Shown here one piece after another: positions 1 through 16,164 of a DNA stretch of 64,000 bases. A program made the translations under genes and the position numbers. The notes under the pieces were generated by a model. It was not told the origin of the DNA. It was given only the letters and a program-made list of their open reading frames with translations, and ran no database searches. Positions within the stretch are counted from its first letter, which is position 1; each line of letters begins with the position of its first letter. This DNA is from Adineta vaga (Eukaryota; Animalia; Rotifera): assembly GCA_021613535.1 (NCBI GenBank), contig CP075495.1:9362001-9426000 (forward strand), in the 5' to 3' direction.

Positions 1-1550
1 GTTGCTTATTTTGGATCAAGAAAGAAAGCACAGAACTTTTTTAGTAGGTAAGTTAATGGTATTATATTTTTTTTATCGATATTTATATTAAAGAAGAACA
101 ATCAGTATGATTAAATATCTCTATTTAGTTTGGGTTATGATGCACCAGGCAATTATAATTTATCTGATTTTTATATACAAACATTGGCAGTTTTACCTTT
201 CGATAGAGAAGCATCACTTGAACGAGTTGAAGTAAGTCAAAATAGTCTTGAATTATACTCTTGATTTTTACATGTTGATGCTATTAGCATATCTGTGATG
301 AATATGAAAAATCTCCACTCTATGCTCAATATGTTAGCGAAGCTGAACAATATCATGCGATTGATGATAATCAAACAAGTTCATCGGGTGGAATATTTAA
401 TCGTTCATCTAAGTTTGTATTGACAAAAAACAGTGATCATAATTTTTGAACTGTATTCTATAGATTTAAAGTTGGCTTTTTTCGTCAACTTATCTGGTTA
501 TTATGGCGTTCATCGATTGATACATTTCGTAATCCATTTGAATTACGTTTACGTTTAGTCATATCACTCATTCTTGGCGTCTTGGTCTTCTCTTCTTACG
601 TTTAGAATATAACCAACAAGCATTTCAAAATGTATCAGCTATTATATTTATGTTAATCATTAATATTTCATTTTCAACTGTTCAAAAGAATGCTGATGTA
701 ATATCTAATCAAAATTTAGTCTAATTAATTAGAAAATTCTCTCTTTTAGAGTATAAATCGGCAATTGACATTGTTTCTCAAAGAACATGATGATGGAATT
801 TATCATACTGTAGCTTATTATGCTGCACGAATGGTTTTAGAATTACCAACAAATGCAGTCTCCATATTTATGTTAGGAACTATTGTGTATTGGATGGCAA
901 ATTTATATGATAATGCTCGAAGATATTTTATTTTACAAGGTATTCTAATCTTATGTGGTTCAGTTTCAGTTTCTGTTGGTAAGTGTTATCAGATAGTTAC
1001 AAAAAAAAGTTTCTTTTCTGTTGCTTGTAGGAACTCTTATTGGAGTATTGATGCCCACTCCTGAAGCAGCTGGAGCATTAGTTGTGCCAGTTGTTCTTCC
1101 GTTACTGGTCTTTGCTGGATTTTTTATAAGTGCTAAGTATATTCGAATGAATGATTGATTCAAAAAAGTAATTATTCGACTTTTTCTCTTTTCTAGAACA
1201 ATACCTAATTGGTTGGTTTGGATCAAATATATATCATGGCTTTATTATTCGAATGAAATGGCTTTAGTTAATCAATGGGAAGATGTTACATCACTAGATT
1301 GTGATGTTTCAGCCAATAGTACATGTTTTAAAAATGGTACTGATGTTCTGAATTATTATGGTTTTAAACGAGTATGTTGAAATAAAAAAAAAACGTTCAT
1401 TATGTTCAGAATTTGGATTGTTTTGTATCGATATTTTAGAGTAATTACGATCGTAATTTGGGCTTACTTTTTGCTCTATTTGGTGTGGCTCAAACTTTAA
1501 GCTTTGTTATATTAGTATTACGAGCAAAATTTCAACGAACAGTTGGATAA
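1..1550 (+). CDS. ABCG (white/scarlet-like) half transporter, 3' part; multi-exon, apparent frameshift at ~580
   Basis: Spliced translation gives VAYFG..NLSDFY, FFRQLIWLLWRSSIDTFRNP, LFLKEHDDGIYHTVAYYAARMVLELP, FAGFFI..IPNWLVWIKYISWLYYSNEMALVNQW, typical of the ABC2 membrane domain. Stop TAA at 1548-1550. Confidence 0.9.
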
Positions 1551-2091
1551 ATCGATACTTCATACAATGTACTTTGATGTTTTAATACGAATATAAATAT
1601 AACTATTTTTCTTTTATATTGTATAAAAATGTTTTTTTTTATGATTAGTTATATTATGATCACAATCTTTTGTAAAGATTGCTCTTTTTTATGCATGAAA
1701 AAAAGTATGTCTCATATTTTGATAATTCATACATCGTCTCAAGTCGCTCTCTCTCGTTTTTTTTTCTTCCGTTATTTTCATTTTTATGAATATCGAAAAT
1801 GTTTATATAAATGGATATACGCGTAAACGAATCAGTCTTCATCTTTCACGTAATATTCTTCTTTTTTCTGTCACATCGATTTGCATTATATCTTGCCTTG
1901 AGCTTGCCTATGTATGAAGAGAGTGATGATGATCATCATCATCTGACCGTTAGATATATCTCACTCATGACGAAGGAAAAAGTAAATGCAAGCTTATTAC
2001 GCGGGTAGTGTAGATTTACGCGCTTGCTTGCTGTTCATCTATTTTCTAAATCTGACTTTCGATTACATATTTCATATACGACAAAGTTCAG

Positions 2092-4596
<2,505 letters not shown>

Positions 4597-4859
4597 AAAA
4601 GTTTTCATCTTTTTTTGTCTTTGTTTTCAAATTTCTTTGTATCTGTCTATTAATCAGTGATATTCATTAAATTCTCTAGCACTTTTTTCCACCAGAATAT
4701 ATTGATTTGTTTTCTTGTTCAAACTCAAAGTATTTTGTCAGTATACAATTGAAAGTAAAAGGAAAATCTGATGTGATGATTAACGAGTCTATTTTTCTTT
4801 CTAAACAACAACAACAATGATGTAACAATCAGAAAAAATCAACAACAAAAACGGAAAGA

Positions 4860-7800
4860 TCAGTTGTTTTTCAAACGTTTAACACTTTTCTTGTGATGAC
4901 GTTCTTTTGCGCCTAATTTAGCACCACGATTAGCACCTCGTTTAGCTGCACCAACGATTTGTTCAAATTGACCTTTGAATTTACCACGTTTTCTATTCAA
5001 AACAGAAGAGAAAGATTATCAAAGTATGACATATGAAAACTATCCAATTACCGTTTATTCAATGCATTAAAATCGAGTTTAATATATGCATATGGATCGT
5101 GTTTATTAGCTAGTTTTCGATCGCCACCTGTTCCACGCTATGTAACATCAATACATGATCAGTAAGATAAATTTTCAATGATTTTTATTTACTTTAGATT
5201 TGTAAAGCTCTCCTGGTCTTTGTTTCGCTGGTTGATTTAATGGCCGATGAATACCAGCACCACCAGCTATTATATATAGCGAAGAAATAGAATGACTTGA
5301 ATTGTTTTCTGTTTAGTGTGACTTACCTCGATATCTTGAATGGACACTTTGACTTTTTTTATCGTTGAATTGATATTCGTCGTCCTCATCATCATTGTCG
5401 TCATCTTCTTGAGCACGTTTTCGTTTATTTTTTGCTCGTTGACTTAAGGATAATGTTTCCATTAAACCTTTAATATCTTCACGGTTCATATCGTCATCAT
5501 CATCAGAATCTGATTCTTGTTTATATGCTTTTTGATCATCTTCATCATCAACATCGATGATAAAACGACCATCAGGTGCAGTACGAAAACTAGCATTTTT
5601 TCTTTTAGCTCTGGATGCTTGTTTCATAGCTTCTGTCTCACGTACTGTCAATGGTTTTGTAGCTAAAATAAAATAAAATAAAATATATGACATTGAATAA
5701 AAACAAACAAGAACTATCAACAGACCATAGATACTTCTTGCAGCTGTTGGTTCTGTCAAATCAATAGGATCGTCTTCCTGAGTTTCTTTAATCCATAGAG
5801 CTGATTTTTTTTGTCGTCCTTTTGTACTTGCTGTTGTTCGTGCTGTTGCAATTGTTCGAGTATCATCTATTCTTCCAAGATGTTGATCATTATCATCATC
5901 AGAATCATCGAGTAATTGATCAATAGTAAGTTTTGGTCGAACAGTAAATGTCGTTTCATTATCATCAACATATTCATCTTCATCATCGACTTTCGTTATC
6001 ACACTTTGACCAACAGTTGATGTACCTTTACGACGTCGTTCTTTACGAACATACATTTTATTTAAGTAAGATAATTGAGGATGAAAACTAGCTGAAAATA
6101 AGTCACGTAATGCATCAAACCTATACAAAAACAAGAGTTGTCGATTACTTCAAATTACAATGCAAGCATCATTTTCTTTTCTATCAACAGCTATGTTTTA
6201 TACAAACCCAAATATTCTGACGAGTTTTTGTAAGATTAATTTGAGTTTTGAACGATATGTAAAATTATTTTCTTCTCGCATTACTGTTAACGAATGAGCC
6301 TTAAATTACAATACGAAAGATATTTATGAATATAATCATTAGATGTATTACCAATTGTTCAATATATTTTGATAGAATTGTTTCATTGAAAATAATTAAT
6401 AAAACTCGACAAAAACTTAAAGCCGCTTGTACAACTTGTCGCTCCTTTGATTGAAGTACTAATATTAATGTTGATGCTAATTCGTCAACAATTGATCCAG
6501 CTAGATTTTCTCGAAATTCTAAACATAAGCGACTGATAGCAAGTAAAGTTGCTGATGTTAATGATGGTGAATGTGGGCTCACAAGACCAGCCATAAGAAA
6601 ATGAAAGAAACTTGTCAATGAATCTAAAAAGAAATCAAAACGAACTCATAAGTCAACATCAATCTAGAATTTCAAATGATTCATTGTACCAATAAATGAT
6701 TGTTCACTTAATGTTGTCCAAAGACGTGCACATTTAATGATGAGTAAGTATGCATCATGTCTAGTACGACTGTTGATTTCATGAAGACATTGAACGACCT
6801 ACAGAAAAAATTCAGTAGAAATGATATTTTGAAGTTTCTTTTTATCGAAATGCCTCACTTGTGGTATGACTAGTTTCATCTTGGCAATTGTTTGATTAGT
6901 AGGCATATCAAGTAAACTTGAAATACATCGAAGTTGTGACTAAAATTTCGGAATCAAATGAAATATCTTTCCAATGTGAAAACATACGCCCTTCAAAGCT
7001 GATTGTGAATTCATTAATGATTGAAGAAGATGTTCAAATAATACATCTGCTCGAGGTTCATTGAAAAATTGTTGAATAGTAGGTGTTGAACGTGTACATA
7101 GTTCTTCTAAAATTCGATACGATTTTTTCATGACACTTCTCTTTACACTTCCATCCTTCTAAATATTCATACAAAAGATTTTCATCTCTCTTCGTTATTC
7201 TTTTTTTCTACATACCATTCCAAATAGTTGTTTCAATTTTTCTTCTAATAATATCAAACGTTTTTCATCCAAATATGGTAATAAAGCTAATATAATATCA
7301 AGCAAATAAGTCCTTCAAAAAGAAAACAATACTGATACATATATCGATATATTAACACAAGCACTATCATACAATGTTATTTGATCAATATCCGTATTTT
7401 GTATTTTTTCTAAACTTTTATCAAAAAATGTTTGACATAATGTTGGATCAGTAATAGTCAAATAACGTTTGATTGTTTCGAATACACTTTGACGAACTGG
7501 ATCACGTGACATATTCCATTTTTCAGTTGTATACATATTAAATAATAATGGCAGATAATTCTTTGCATATTTACCAATTTCTTGTTGATCATTTTCTAAA
7601 AAGATCAAAGAAGAATTTGTTGATGCTTTTCATTTGAAAAGAATACTTATATTTACCATCATTCGTTTTTGAAATAAGATTTCGTAAACCAGCCAATAGA
7701 TATAATCTTAAATCAGGTCGTTTAGTTAACGATGTACCGATACCTTTAGCAACTAATTTCAAACTTGTTGAAATGTCTGTTGCATATGAACAATAACCGG

Positions 7801-9069
7801 GAAATAATGACCAAAGTTGATCTTGCAAAGTGGATAAGACTGTTGCATTTGTTGAATCACCTTTTTCACGAAGATTATCCGCTAAAAAGAAAATCAATTT
7901 TCATTTCATATTTCAATCGAATAACATAGAAATTAGGAAATGAACCTACCAGTTGTTTGTAATTGAAAGGCAATTGGTAAGAAATACGACACAAAATGAG
8001 CTAATTCTGTATGCGTAATATTATCACGTAATAATGGTAATAACCATGATTGTTCTAATTGAACATCAGTAATTGTACCAGTTAAATTCAATGGTATCAC
8101 TTGTAAGATATTTTTTGGTCCAAATACACGAATTGCTTTACCCACTGTCGAATCTAATTCAGGTAAAAATGAAAAATCTTTTGTTGATCGTAGACCCGAT
8201 AATGATGATAAACACTAGAATGGAGTCGATGAAAAATTTAATTGGAACAAAAAAAAGGAAAGTTCTATTACGTTTTGACAAAGTTCAAAATAAGTTTTGC
8301 CCATTAATTCAAACATATCACCAAGTAAATGAAGAACATAGTTCCATGATAATGTATAAGCATATGTTAATCCATGTTCAACAAGTTGAAATAATTGTTT
8401 TAATAAAGGATTAGTACGTAATGTTTCAATTTGAGGTTTTAAGATTGTTTTGATAATTGTCTAATGAAATAGAAGAAGATTTGTTTTTGATTTTCAAAAA
8501 GATAACAAGAAACTACTTTGAGAACATTCGTTGCCTTAGTTTGTACGCGTTTGTAGACAGAAAGAAGACATTCGTTAATACATATTTCAAATAATTTTGA
8601 AATATATGTAAGACATGTCACTGAATCCGAACGATGAAAAGCACAATAGGCTCGACAAATACCATCTAACCAAATAACCATCTGTTGTTGATCATTCTTA
8701 GCTGGTTGACGATCGAGTAACGTCTAAGATGAAGAAGAAGTTTCAATAAATCATTCAAAAACAATCAAAAACTTGTCATTTTACTTGAATTACTCGTGGA
8801 TTAACTTGTATCATTGATGCATTTGTTCGTGTTGTACCTATAGTTGTTTTTGAAAATTGAGAAATTCGATCTATCTCTTGTTTTGCTGCTGTTATCGATG
8901 ATGATGATGGAATATCCATCGATGTTTGTTTCGATGAAGGTAACGATGCAAGTAGTTGAAGTTTTGCTGCATCTCGATGTTTAGTCCGTGATGGATTTGA
9001 TGAACTTGCTCCATGTTTTTTCCATTTCGGAATAAGTTTATTATTTGTGTTGTTTAAACGTACTCGCAT
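4860..9069 (-). CDS. RRP12: RRP12-like ribosome biogenesis protein (HEAT repeats, NUC173 region), multi-exon
   Basis: N-terminal PKWKKHGASSSNP, GKAIRVFGPKNILQVIPL..SWLLPLLRDNITHTELAHF, QLWSLFPGYC, KYAKNYLPLLFNMY, and C-terminal PGELYKSKRGTGGDRK..DPYAYIKL resemble RRP12. ATG at 9069, stop at 4862-4860. Confidence 0.88.
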
Positions 9070-9163
9070 CTTTTTATCTACAAAAAACAACACATACAAA
9101 AAAAACATAAATTTTTTTCTGGTATAAAAAAAATAACAAATTGTTATAAGCGAAACATTTTGA
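9070..9163 (-). promoter_or_regulatory. 94-nt U-rich intergenic spacer with splice-acceptor-like TTTTTTGTAG 8 nt before the RRP12 ATG (candidate trans-splice site)
   Basis: Minus strand reads ...gtgttgttttttgtag|ataaaaagATG, with the AG at 9079-9078. Confidence 0.55.
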
Positions 9164-12100
9164 TCACAAAGTACTTTCAGCATCGTAAAATACAATACCA
9201 TCATCACTATCACTGTCAACTTTCTCTATTCGTTTTATATCAGTAGCGGAATGAAGTAATTGTAGGTCAGCACGTCGTCGCCAATGTGTTCCTTGCCAAT
9301 AAACTTTACCACATCGACGACATATAAAAAATTCATCATAAGAACGATAATTTCTCAATGATAAACCGATTAAAACTAATGGAACATTTTCGTTCTTTAG
9401 TGTCATACGATCTATATCAATCATTTCTGGTTGATAATTCACCAGTTCAGGTTCTAATTCTTCTAACGAAAGATTTTTCATTTTACACCAAAGAAGACGA
9501 ATATCACGAGCATTTACTATTGCATAATCACCACCATTACATATCTATGGAAAGAAATAATCAAAAAGAGAAATGACAAACAAAACAAGAATTTTACACT
9601 GCAGCGACTAAAGATATCTTCTAATAAGACTTGTACATTGAAATGTTTTAGAACGGCATAGCATTGTTCTTTAGCCGATACATTCAATGGCGGTTGCCAA
9701 CAACGACCTTCAACAGTATGAGATCGTAACTAATCAAAACGAAATCATCTTCAATATTAAAATTAAGTTATTTGTTTATTTACAAGATTGTATGGAGCAC
9801 CACGAGATAGAATAATTCGATTTTCTGATCGAGCGTACTATTTAACAAACAATTCAACGAAATATTTATGAAAATATTCGCTTGTTGTTCGACTTACTCG
9901 AATAGCTGCTGTATGTGGTTCTTCATTAGCTAAAATGACTGTATCACAACCTGCGACACGTAACTCCCTTCCTAAACCATATAACATATTATCAACAACA
10001 AATTTGATTTGACAAGGACGGATGAGTTCTTGTGAAACCTATTATATAGAAGAATCGACGAATGATGATTTGAAATAAAAGAGAGAATTGTTTATTGTTA
10101 CCTGAATAGCATCTTTTGAGATTTGAGAAGGATCAGTACTATCATTATTATTAGTAAGATTTGAATCTTGAAAATTTTCATCGATTTGACGAGCAACAGT
10201 TGAATCGAGATTTTTCGGTTTCTTTCCACGGAATGATTTTAAATAATCCGATGATTGAAAATGATTGGAAAGAAATTTATAAACATCAAGTAAACAAAAA
10301 GCATCAGTCGCTTAAATAAACAAAGAACATCAAAATATGATTTATTTATTGAACTAAAATTCGATTTACCAGCATAGGAAGTTTGAGCGTATCGTAATGG
10401 TCGTCGTTCCCAATTCGAGCATTGTTCGGATTTATTTAATTGTTTACCAAAACATAATCGAACTAATTCACTAAGACCTTTATCTTTTGATGGATTTTTA
10501 TTATCTATTGCTGCATAAGGAAATATATCATGTTGTATATTCAATAACTAACATAAAAAGCAAAGAAAATATGATACTAAATCAATAGATTATCATCATA
10601 CATTAGCTTGTACAAGTGATAGATCGAGCAGGGTTTTTCCTGATCGAAGTGCTTGATCAAAATTTGGAAATGAAGCAATTAACATTGCTGCATCACTTTT
10701 GAAACCATAGCCTAGAAATGAATGATTTGTTAATAGAGTCTTTTGAAGATATAAATATTAGAATTTACAAAGTAATGTCACTTGATCATCATCAAATAAT
10801 CGATTCGCTAATCGTTGTTGAACTTGTTCGGAGTCACACGTACGAAAAAAATGTAGTAAATCAAGTAGAAAGATTTCATTTGAAAATGCAATTTGCATTA
10901 TACTAATACGTTGTTTAGATGTTGATGTATTATTAAAGACTGGTTTCCATTCACCTAATATAAAAGTGAACTAACGAAGTCAATAGATAAGAAAAACAAA
11001 ATGACACTTACAATCAAATCCAATAATAATTTTATCATTATCATTTTGAAATAATCGATCAAGGAAACGTTCATAGGTTGACATTGTATCAACAAACGTA
11101 ATCTGATTATCTTCTAATGGTATTCTATAATAATCAATGATCGTAGTTTTCACACTAGTTTCAGTAGATTTTATGCCTTTAGCTTCACTATTTTGCGTGA
11201 TATTTATGTACTGTTGGACCTTTGAAAATAAAAAACAAACAAAAAAATCTTTTACATCAATTTCAATATTTTATATTTTTAAGTAGAAATCATATTAGAT
11301 TTGTACATACCCATGTTGGTAATGAATGATAAGGTCGATCTAATTGATTCACTAAATAAAGAAGAACAGAAATTCTTTATTAAATCATAATATTCTTTGA
11401 ATATTTACTCCAATATTTCACAGCAACAATATCATCTTTATCAGCTAATATTTCAATCAAATATTCCGATAAATCTGCACTATCTTGTACAATTTCCTTG
11501 AAAAGAAAAACTTTTACATATAAAATTTTTCTAATCTCATTCATATTTACTTCAACTAATTCATTCCAACATTCATCACCCATCGTTTTTTCTTCATTAA
11601 GTCCATTATATCTTACATTTATCAGATAACCTAATGTTCGTTTTTGTTGTAATACTCTTAAATGTGGATAATTTTCATCGTCACCATTACCATATAAATT
11701 CCAATATCGTACAGCTAACTTCGATACATTCTTTTTACTAAACGTTACATCTTTTATTTGATATTCATCCGATAGAATTTCACGTATTTTTTTTCCATTT
11801 CCTTTATATAAATGATCCAATAATTTGAGCAAATAGATTTCAAATTGGTCAGTTTTGTTCACGTAGATATCAATAAGATGATCTTTGCCATTGAGAATTA
11901 ATGGTAAAAGAATTTCATTCGGCTGAAAATCTAATTGATAACCGAATAGGACAATAATATTCAATGCACGTTTGTAAACATGAGAATTCATTGGCAATTT
12001 CAATAAAGTTCTTAATGAATTAATTAGATCTTCTTTGGACATTTGAAATATTTCAAGAAAATCTTTTAATACTGTTAATGGTAAATTTTGTAAGAGAAGA

Positions 12101-12366
12101 TTATTCATTAAAGTTTTGTCGAATTGAGGTAAAGATGATGATGATTTATATGATTGATTTTTCCATTGTAAGAATGAATGAAGAAGACACTTGATTAAAC
12201 TGATATTTTTATTATTACAATCGGAATCAGATAATTGCGAAAGATTTTCTAGAAGATCATCGAATGGTTTCGATGATTGATTGAAATATTCAATGACAAA
12301 ATTGATAGCTTCGGTTTCATCGGAAAGATACGATTTTTCCGTTAGAGTTGTTAAAAATGTCGACAT
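9164..12366 (-). CDS. EXD3: Exonuclease mut-7 homolog (DEDDy 3'-5' exonuclease plus Mut7-C domain with Zn ribbon), multi-exon
   Basis: ExoI IGFDCEWKP, ExoII GYGFKSD, ExoIII SNWERRPLRYAQTSYAATDA; Mut7-C FVVDNMLYGLGRELRVAG..IFSRC..C and FFICRRCGKVYWQGTH. Confidence 0.92.
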
Positions 12367-12589
12367 TACTTTGTATCGAGATGTAACTAAATAAATGGTA
12401 TATCACTGTCAGACCCTAGATGACTCATACTTTATGTACCAATCAGTTTTGACTCTATCAATGCACATTGGTATCAAAAAACAATTTTCGATAATTCACA
12501 CACTAAAAAGTTTAGATTTTAATTTGGAATAAAATGAGATATGCCTCAATATAGGCTTCCCTTTCTAACTAAACTTTTTAGTCTAAAAA

Positions 12590-13046
12590 CATATGCTTGT
12601 AGAGCCCTCTATAATTTTTTCGTAGTGATTTGTCTATAAGCAACATGGCGCGAAATATTCAATTTTATTTTCGTGCTTTATTTATATTCTTTCAGCTATC
12701 ACTTTCAGTTATTTATATATCGTTAGCTCCTTCGGTTGTAACCCTCATCGCCGAAAAAAACATCGGCAAAATGTGACATACTCGAAAAGATACATTCCAT
12801 ATACTATCAGAGCCTGTATTTTTTCATTCAAAATTTATGTACAGATTTTCACTCAATTGATGCACTTTTGTCATAGAAAGAATCTTATAATAATTTTTAC
12901 ATTAAAAAATGTACAATTTAATTACAAATAAATAAGTCCATGTCTTAATGCGGCCAAACTTTTCTAAAACTGAGTTTTTCGCCTATCAAGATACGCTTGT
13001 AGAGTCCTCTATCGTTTTTCATCATATAGTTTATTTATATTAACAT
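12590..13046 (+). repeat. Imperfect ~55-bp direct repeat pair (12590-12646 and 12990-13046), probable transposon remnant
   Basis: atatgcttgtagagccctctataattttttcgt vs atacgcttgtagagtcctctatcgtttttcat. Confidence 0.5.
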
Positions 13047-16000
13047 ACTCGAAGATAAGCAAAAGAGGGAGTTAAAGACGAGTCTTTTTTCCAGTCCTGA
13101 CTTCCCGCCTTGCCTATTCATTGTCTCAAAAACGACTCGGTCGGGACTAGTCCGATGTTTCATTCCGTCATACACTATAGTCATGAGTATATCATTGACG
13201 GTAGTCTTCGTTTATGACACGCGAATGCTTGGGTTCATTTGTTTCAGTTGATATACATAACATGAGAAAATACCAAGATCGAAAGGATTAACAATGAATT
13301 GGGCGATAAATAGAATACTTCATATGATTGATTCAAGTTTATTGATATTTTCATATAAAAGTTTTCTTCATAATGAAAAGTTGTTTAACATGGGATTTCG
13401 TTACGAAATTCTAAGAAAGATAATCTCGCTTTTGTGTGAGAAATTATCACATCTTATTCGTAAAGTGATGGGATTGAAAAAAATCGTCTCAATTCATTTC
13501 GTTTTCAAAAGTTTCATATAGAAAATGACGTTTTCGTTCTACCGATTGTGTATATGCTTACATACGAAAATATATGTAAAGAATAAAAGAAATCGTTTCG
13601 TCACAACATGTTTACACAGAAAGAAATGAATAAATTGCCCAGTCAGTTTAACATAAACATTCCAAAACAAAATCAATTCGAAAACTATGGTGAATCATTT
13701 GTGTTTGAGTTTTATAACAGTATTCTTGTGCTTCTTGCCCAAGGGTCACGTTTGCTTGTGATGCAAGAATCAAAATTATACGTCCAAATTATAAGAGATC
13801 TACAAGCTGTTGTTTGTTTCATACTGTTTTTTGCTGGATACAAGGTGAAAAACGTCAAGTATAAAGTTTACGGTCGTTCAATAATGGGTATCCTTAACAT
13901 TGCTGCAGCTACATTTGGATAAATAGTGACTCTAACGATAATCAAGAATCATATTTATTCTATTGTTTTTCTTATCTTTGAAATTTTCCTTTCTGTCGTA
14001 TTCGTCATCAATGAAAAATACAATCAAAATATTAAAATATTCCTAAGAACAGCTAGAAAGAATGGAAATGTGAATGTTAAAATTTTAATTTATCTCACGA
14101 GATGTATACACAAATGAATCTTTTCTCCTTCGACCTTAATTTCATGGTTGACGGGAGAATATCTTATATAGTATACAAGAGATCGTATCATTAAGCGAAA
14201 AAATACATTAAAATAGTTTATAAAATCTAGTGACATGTTTATTGGTTTCTATATTTGTAGAGAGAAAGTTTTATCATTGTACAACCCTTCAACATTTTCC
14301 AATCATAATCATTCAGAATAATTAGCTATGAAAAGAAACTAGATTTTTTTTGCTCCATCAAATATATCGACAATACATAGATAAGTAAGGATTCATTTGA
14401 TTTGAATACAAATTTCTAGAATGCATTCTCAAACATATAATGATTCAAAAATAATTTCTTATTTTCTCATGAAAGTTCATATTGTATTACGAAAATGAAT
14501 AGCAAGTGTCTTTTCGATATTTGAAAAAGGTTTCGAGGCATCATTATAGTTCTAATTCAATCAAATCTAATCTATCAAAGTTTATTTTGTTTGCTCGAAA
14601 ATGACTGATAATATTCTTACTGAAAAAGCACGAAAAATATATTGATTCAGGGAGAAATAATTCATTTGAAGCACTAACGTAATCGTAGTCGTTGAAATTC
14701 TTGTTTGTTTTAATCACGCGACTTACTTGCAAGAGCAAATTCATGTGGTTTATACGATGCAAATGATTGATTCATTTTAGACAATGACAATGTCGCCTTG
14801 TTTACTGATCTACTATCAAGTAATTGTGGCCAAATCGCAGAAAAATGGCAAGCTACATATATCACACAATAGATATGTTGTATTCGAAGATACCAAGTAA
14901 AATAACGACTCAACTTTGTTTTCAATCTAAATGAAATATACTGTAGAATCTTTTAAGGAATCTTTCAGAGATAAATTGAAATTATATAAAAAAAAATCTT
15001 TGAGATTATTTTTGAAAAGATTTTCGATAATTTTATACCCGAAATGATTGAGAAAGTTGAAAATCGAATGATTCGTCATTGTTGAATGTTTTCGAATAGG
15101 AAAATATCGAATTGTTGTCATGCTTTGATCTCTAAATGGTCAAAAATAAAACTTTTACTTCAATGCAAAATTTAGTATTAAAAAAATATCTGTTCAAATT
15201 GTCAAGAAAATTTTTTAACTAAACCTACTATTTGAAAATATATCTCATAACATACAGAATCTAAGTTGAATTTATTGCTATGAAATGGAATATAATAAAC
15301 ATCTCAATGAATAGTCGTTTTATATCAATTACTTCAATAAAGAGACTAATCTCTCATTCGCACAAGGAAAATATCACTTCTATATGATTTCCATTGGTAA
15401 ATTAAGTTTCTCTTTTTTTCCATTATGAACGAGGCCAATAGGTCAAATAAAGAATGCAATAGATGTGTTAAGAATATATGAATTGTTTCTAAATTAGATG
15501 AATTTGTTAGAAGAGATGTATATTATTAACAAGAACAAGAGTCCATTTTAAATCTTTGAAATGTTTTTCAAGAATAATTTGCCAGGCTGAATCAAAATCT
15601 GAATAAATTTCTTTTCCTCAACGTAATGGTGCTACACCAGCTAATAAACCAGACATAAACACATTTACAACTAATGGAAGATATTGATTTTCTAGAAATC
15701 CAAATTATATATATATATTGAATTGAAAAAATAAATATTAACCATAACAAAGAGATGCTCGATAAAGATGATTACGAATATATGAATAAAAAAATCCAAA
15801 TCCACTACAATCAGACATTGAGAATTTAATAAAAAGAAAATAAATAAATCTTACCTACAATAATGCGGTCATCGTTGAGAATTCCAAGCTTATTGATGAA
15901 TTTAAAGTTTTCCATTTCTAAAAATTAAAATTCCTGCCATATCAGTTTCACGAAATAAAGTCAATTTATCACAAGAAAATGTTTCTTTAAGAAAATCTTT

Positions 16001-16164
16001 GATTAATTTATCTTTTTGAAAATAAAAACTTTGTTTTGTTTGATTTGAAATAAAATATTGAATAATATCATTTAATAAAAATGAATCAAGAATTAAATAA
16101 TCATCTGTTTTAAATGAATATGGAATCAATGATGAATAACTAAGAGACCAGTTTAATGCAGCAA

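Noticed and set aside
579-605. A 27-nt GT..AG mini-intron that might rescue the ABCG frameshift
   Set aside because: Its length is a multiple of three, so the frame is not corrected and soon hits a stop. It would also delete conserved TM residues.
8776-9219. ORF spanning the EXD3 3' end into RRP12, suggesting overlap or a longer N-terminus
   Set aside because: The upstream part is a translation of the U-rich spacer. RRP12 similarity begins at the ATG at 9069.
13294-15121. Several short ORFs between mut-7 and the GT31 pseudogene
   Set aside because: No recognisable motifs or consistent splice structure. They could be decayed gene debris, but I cannot support a call.
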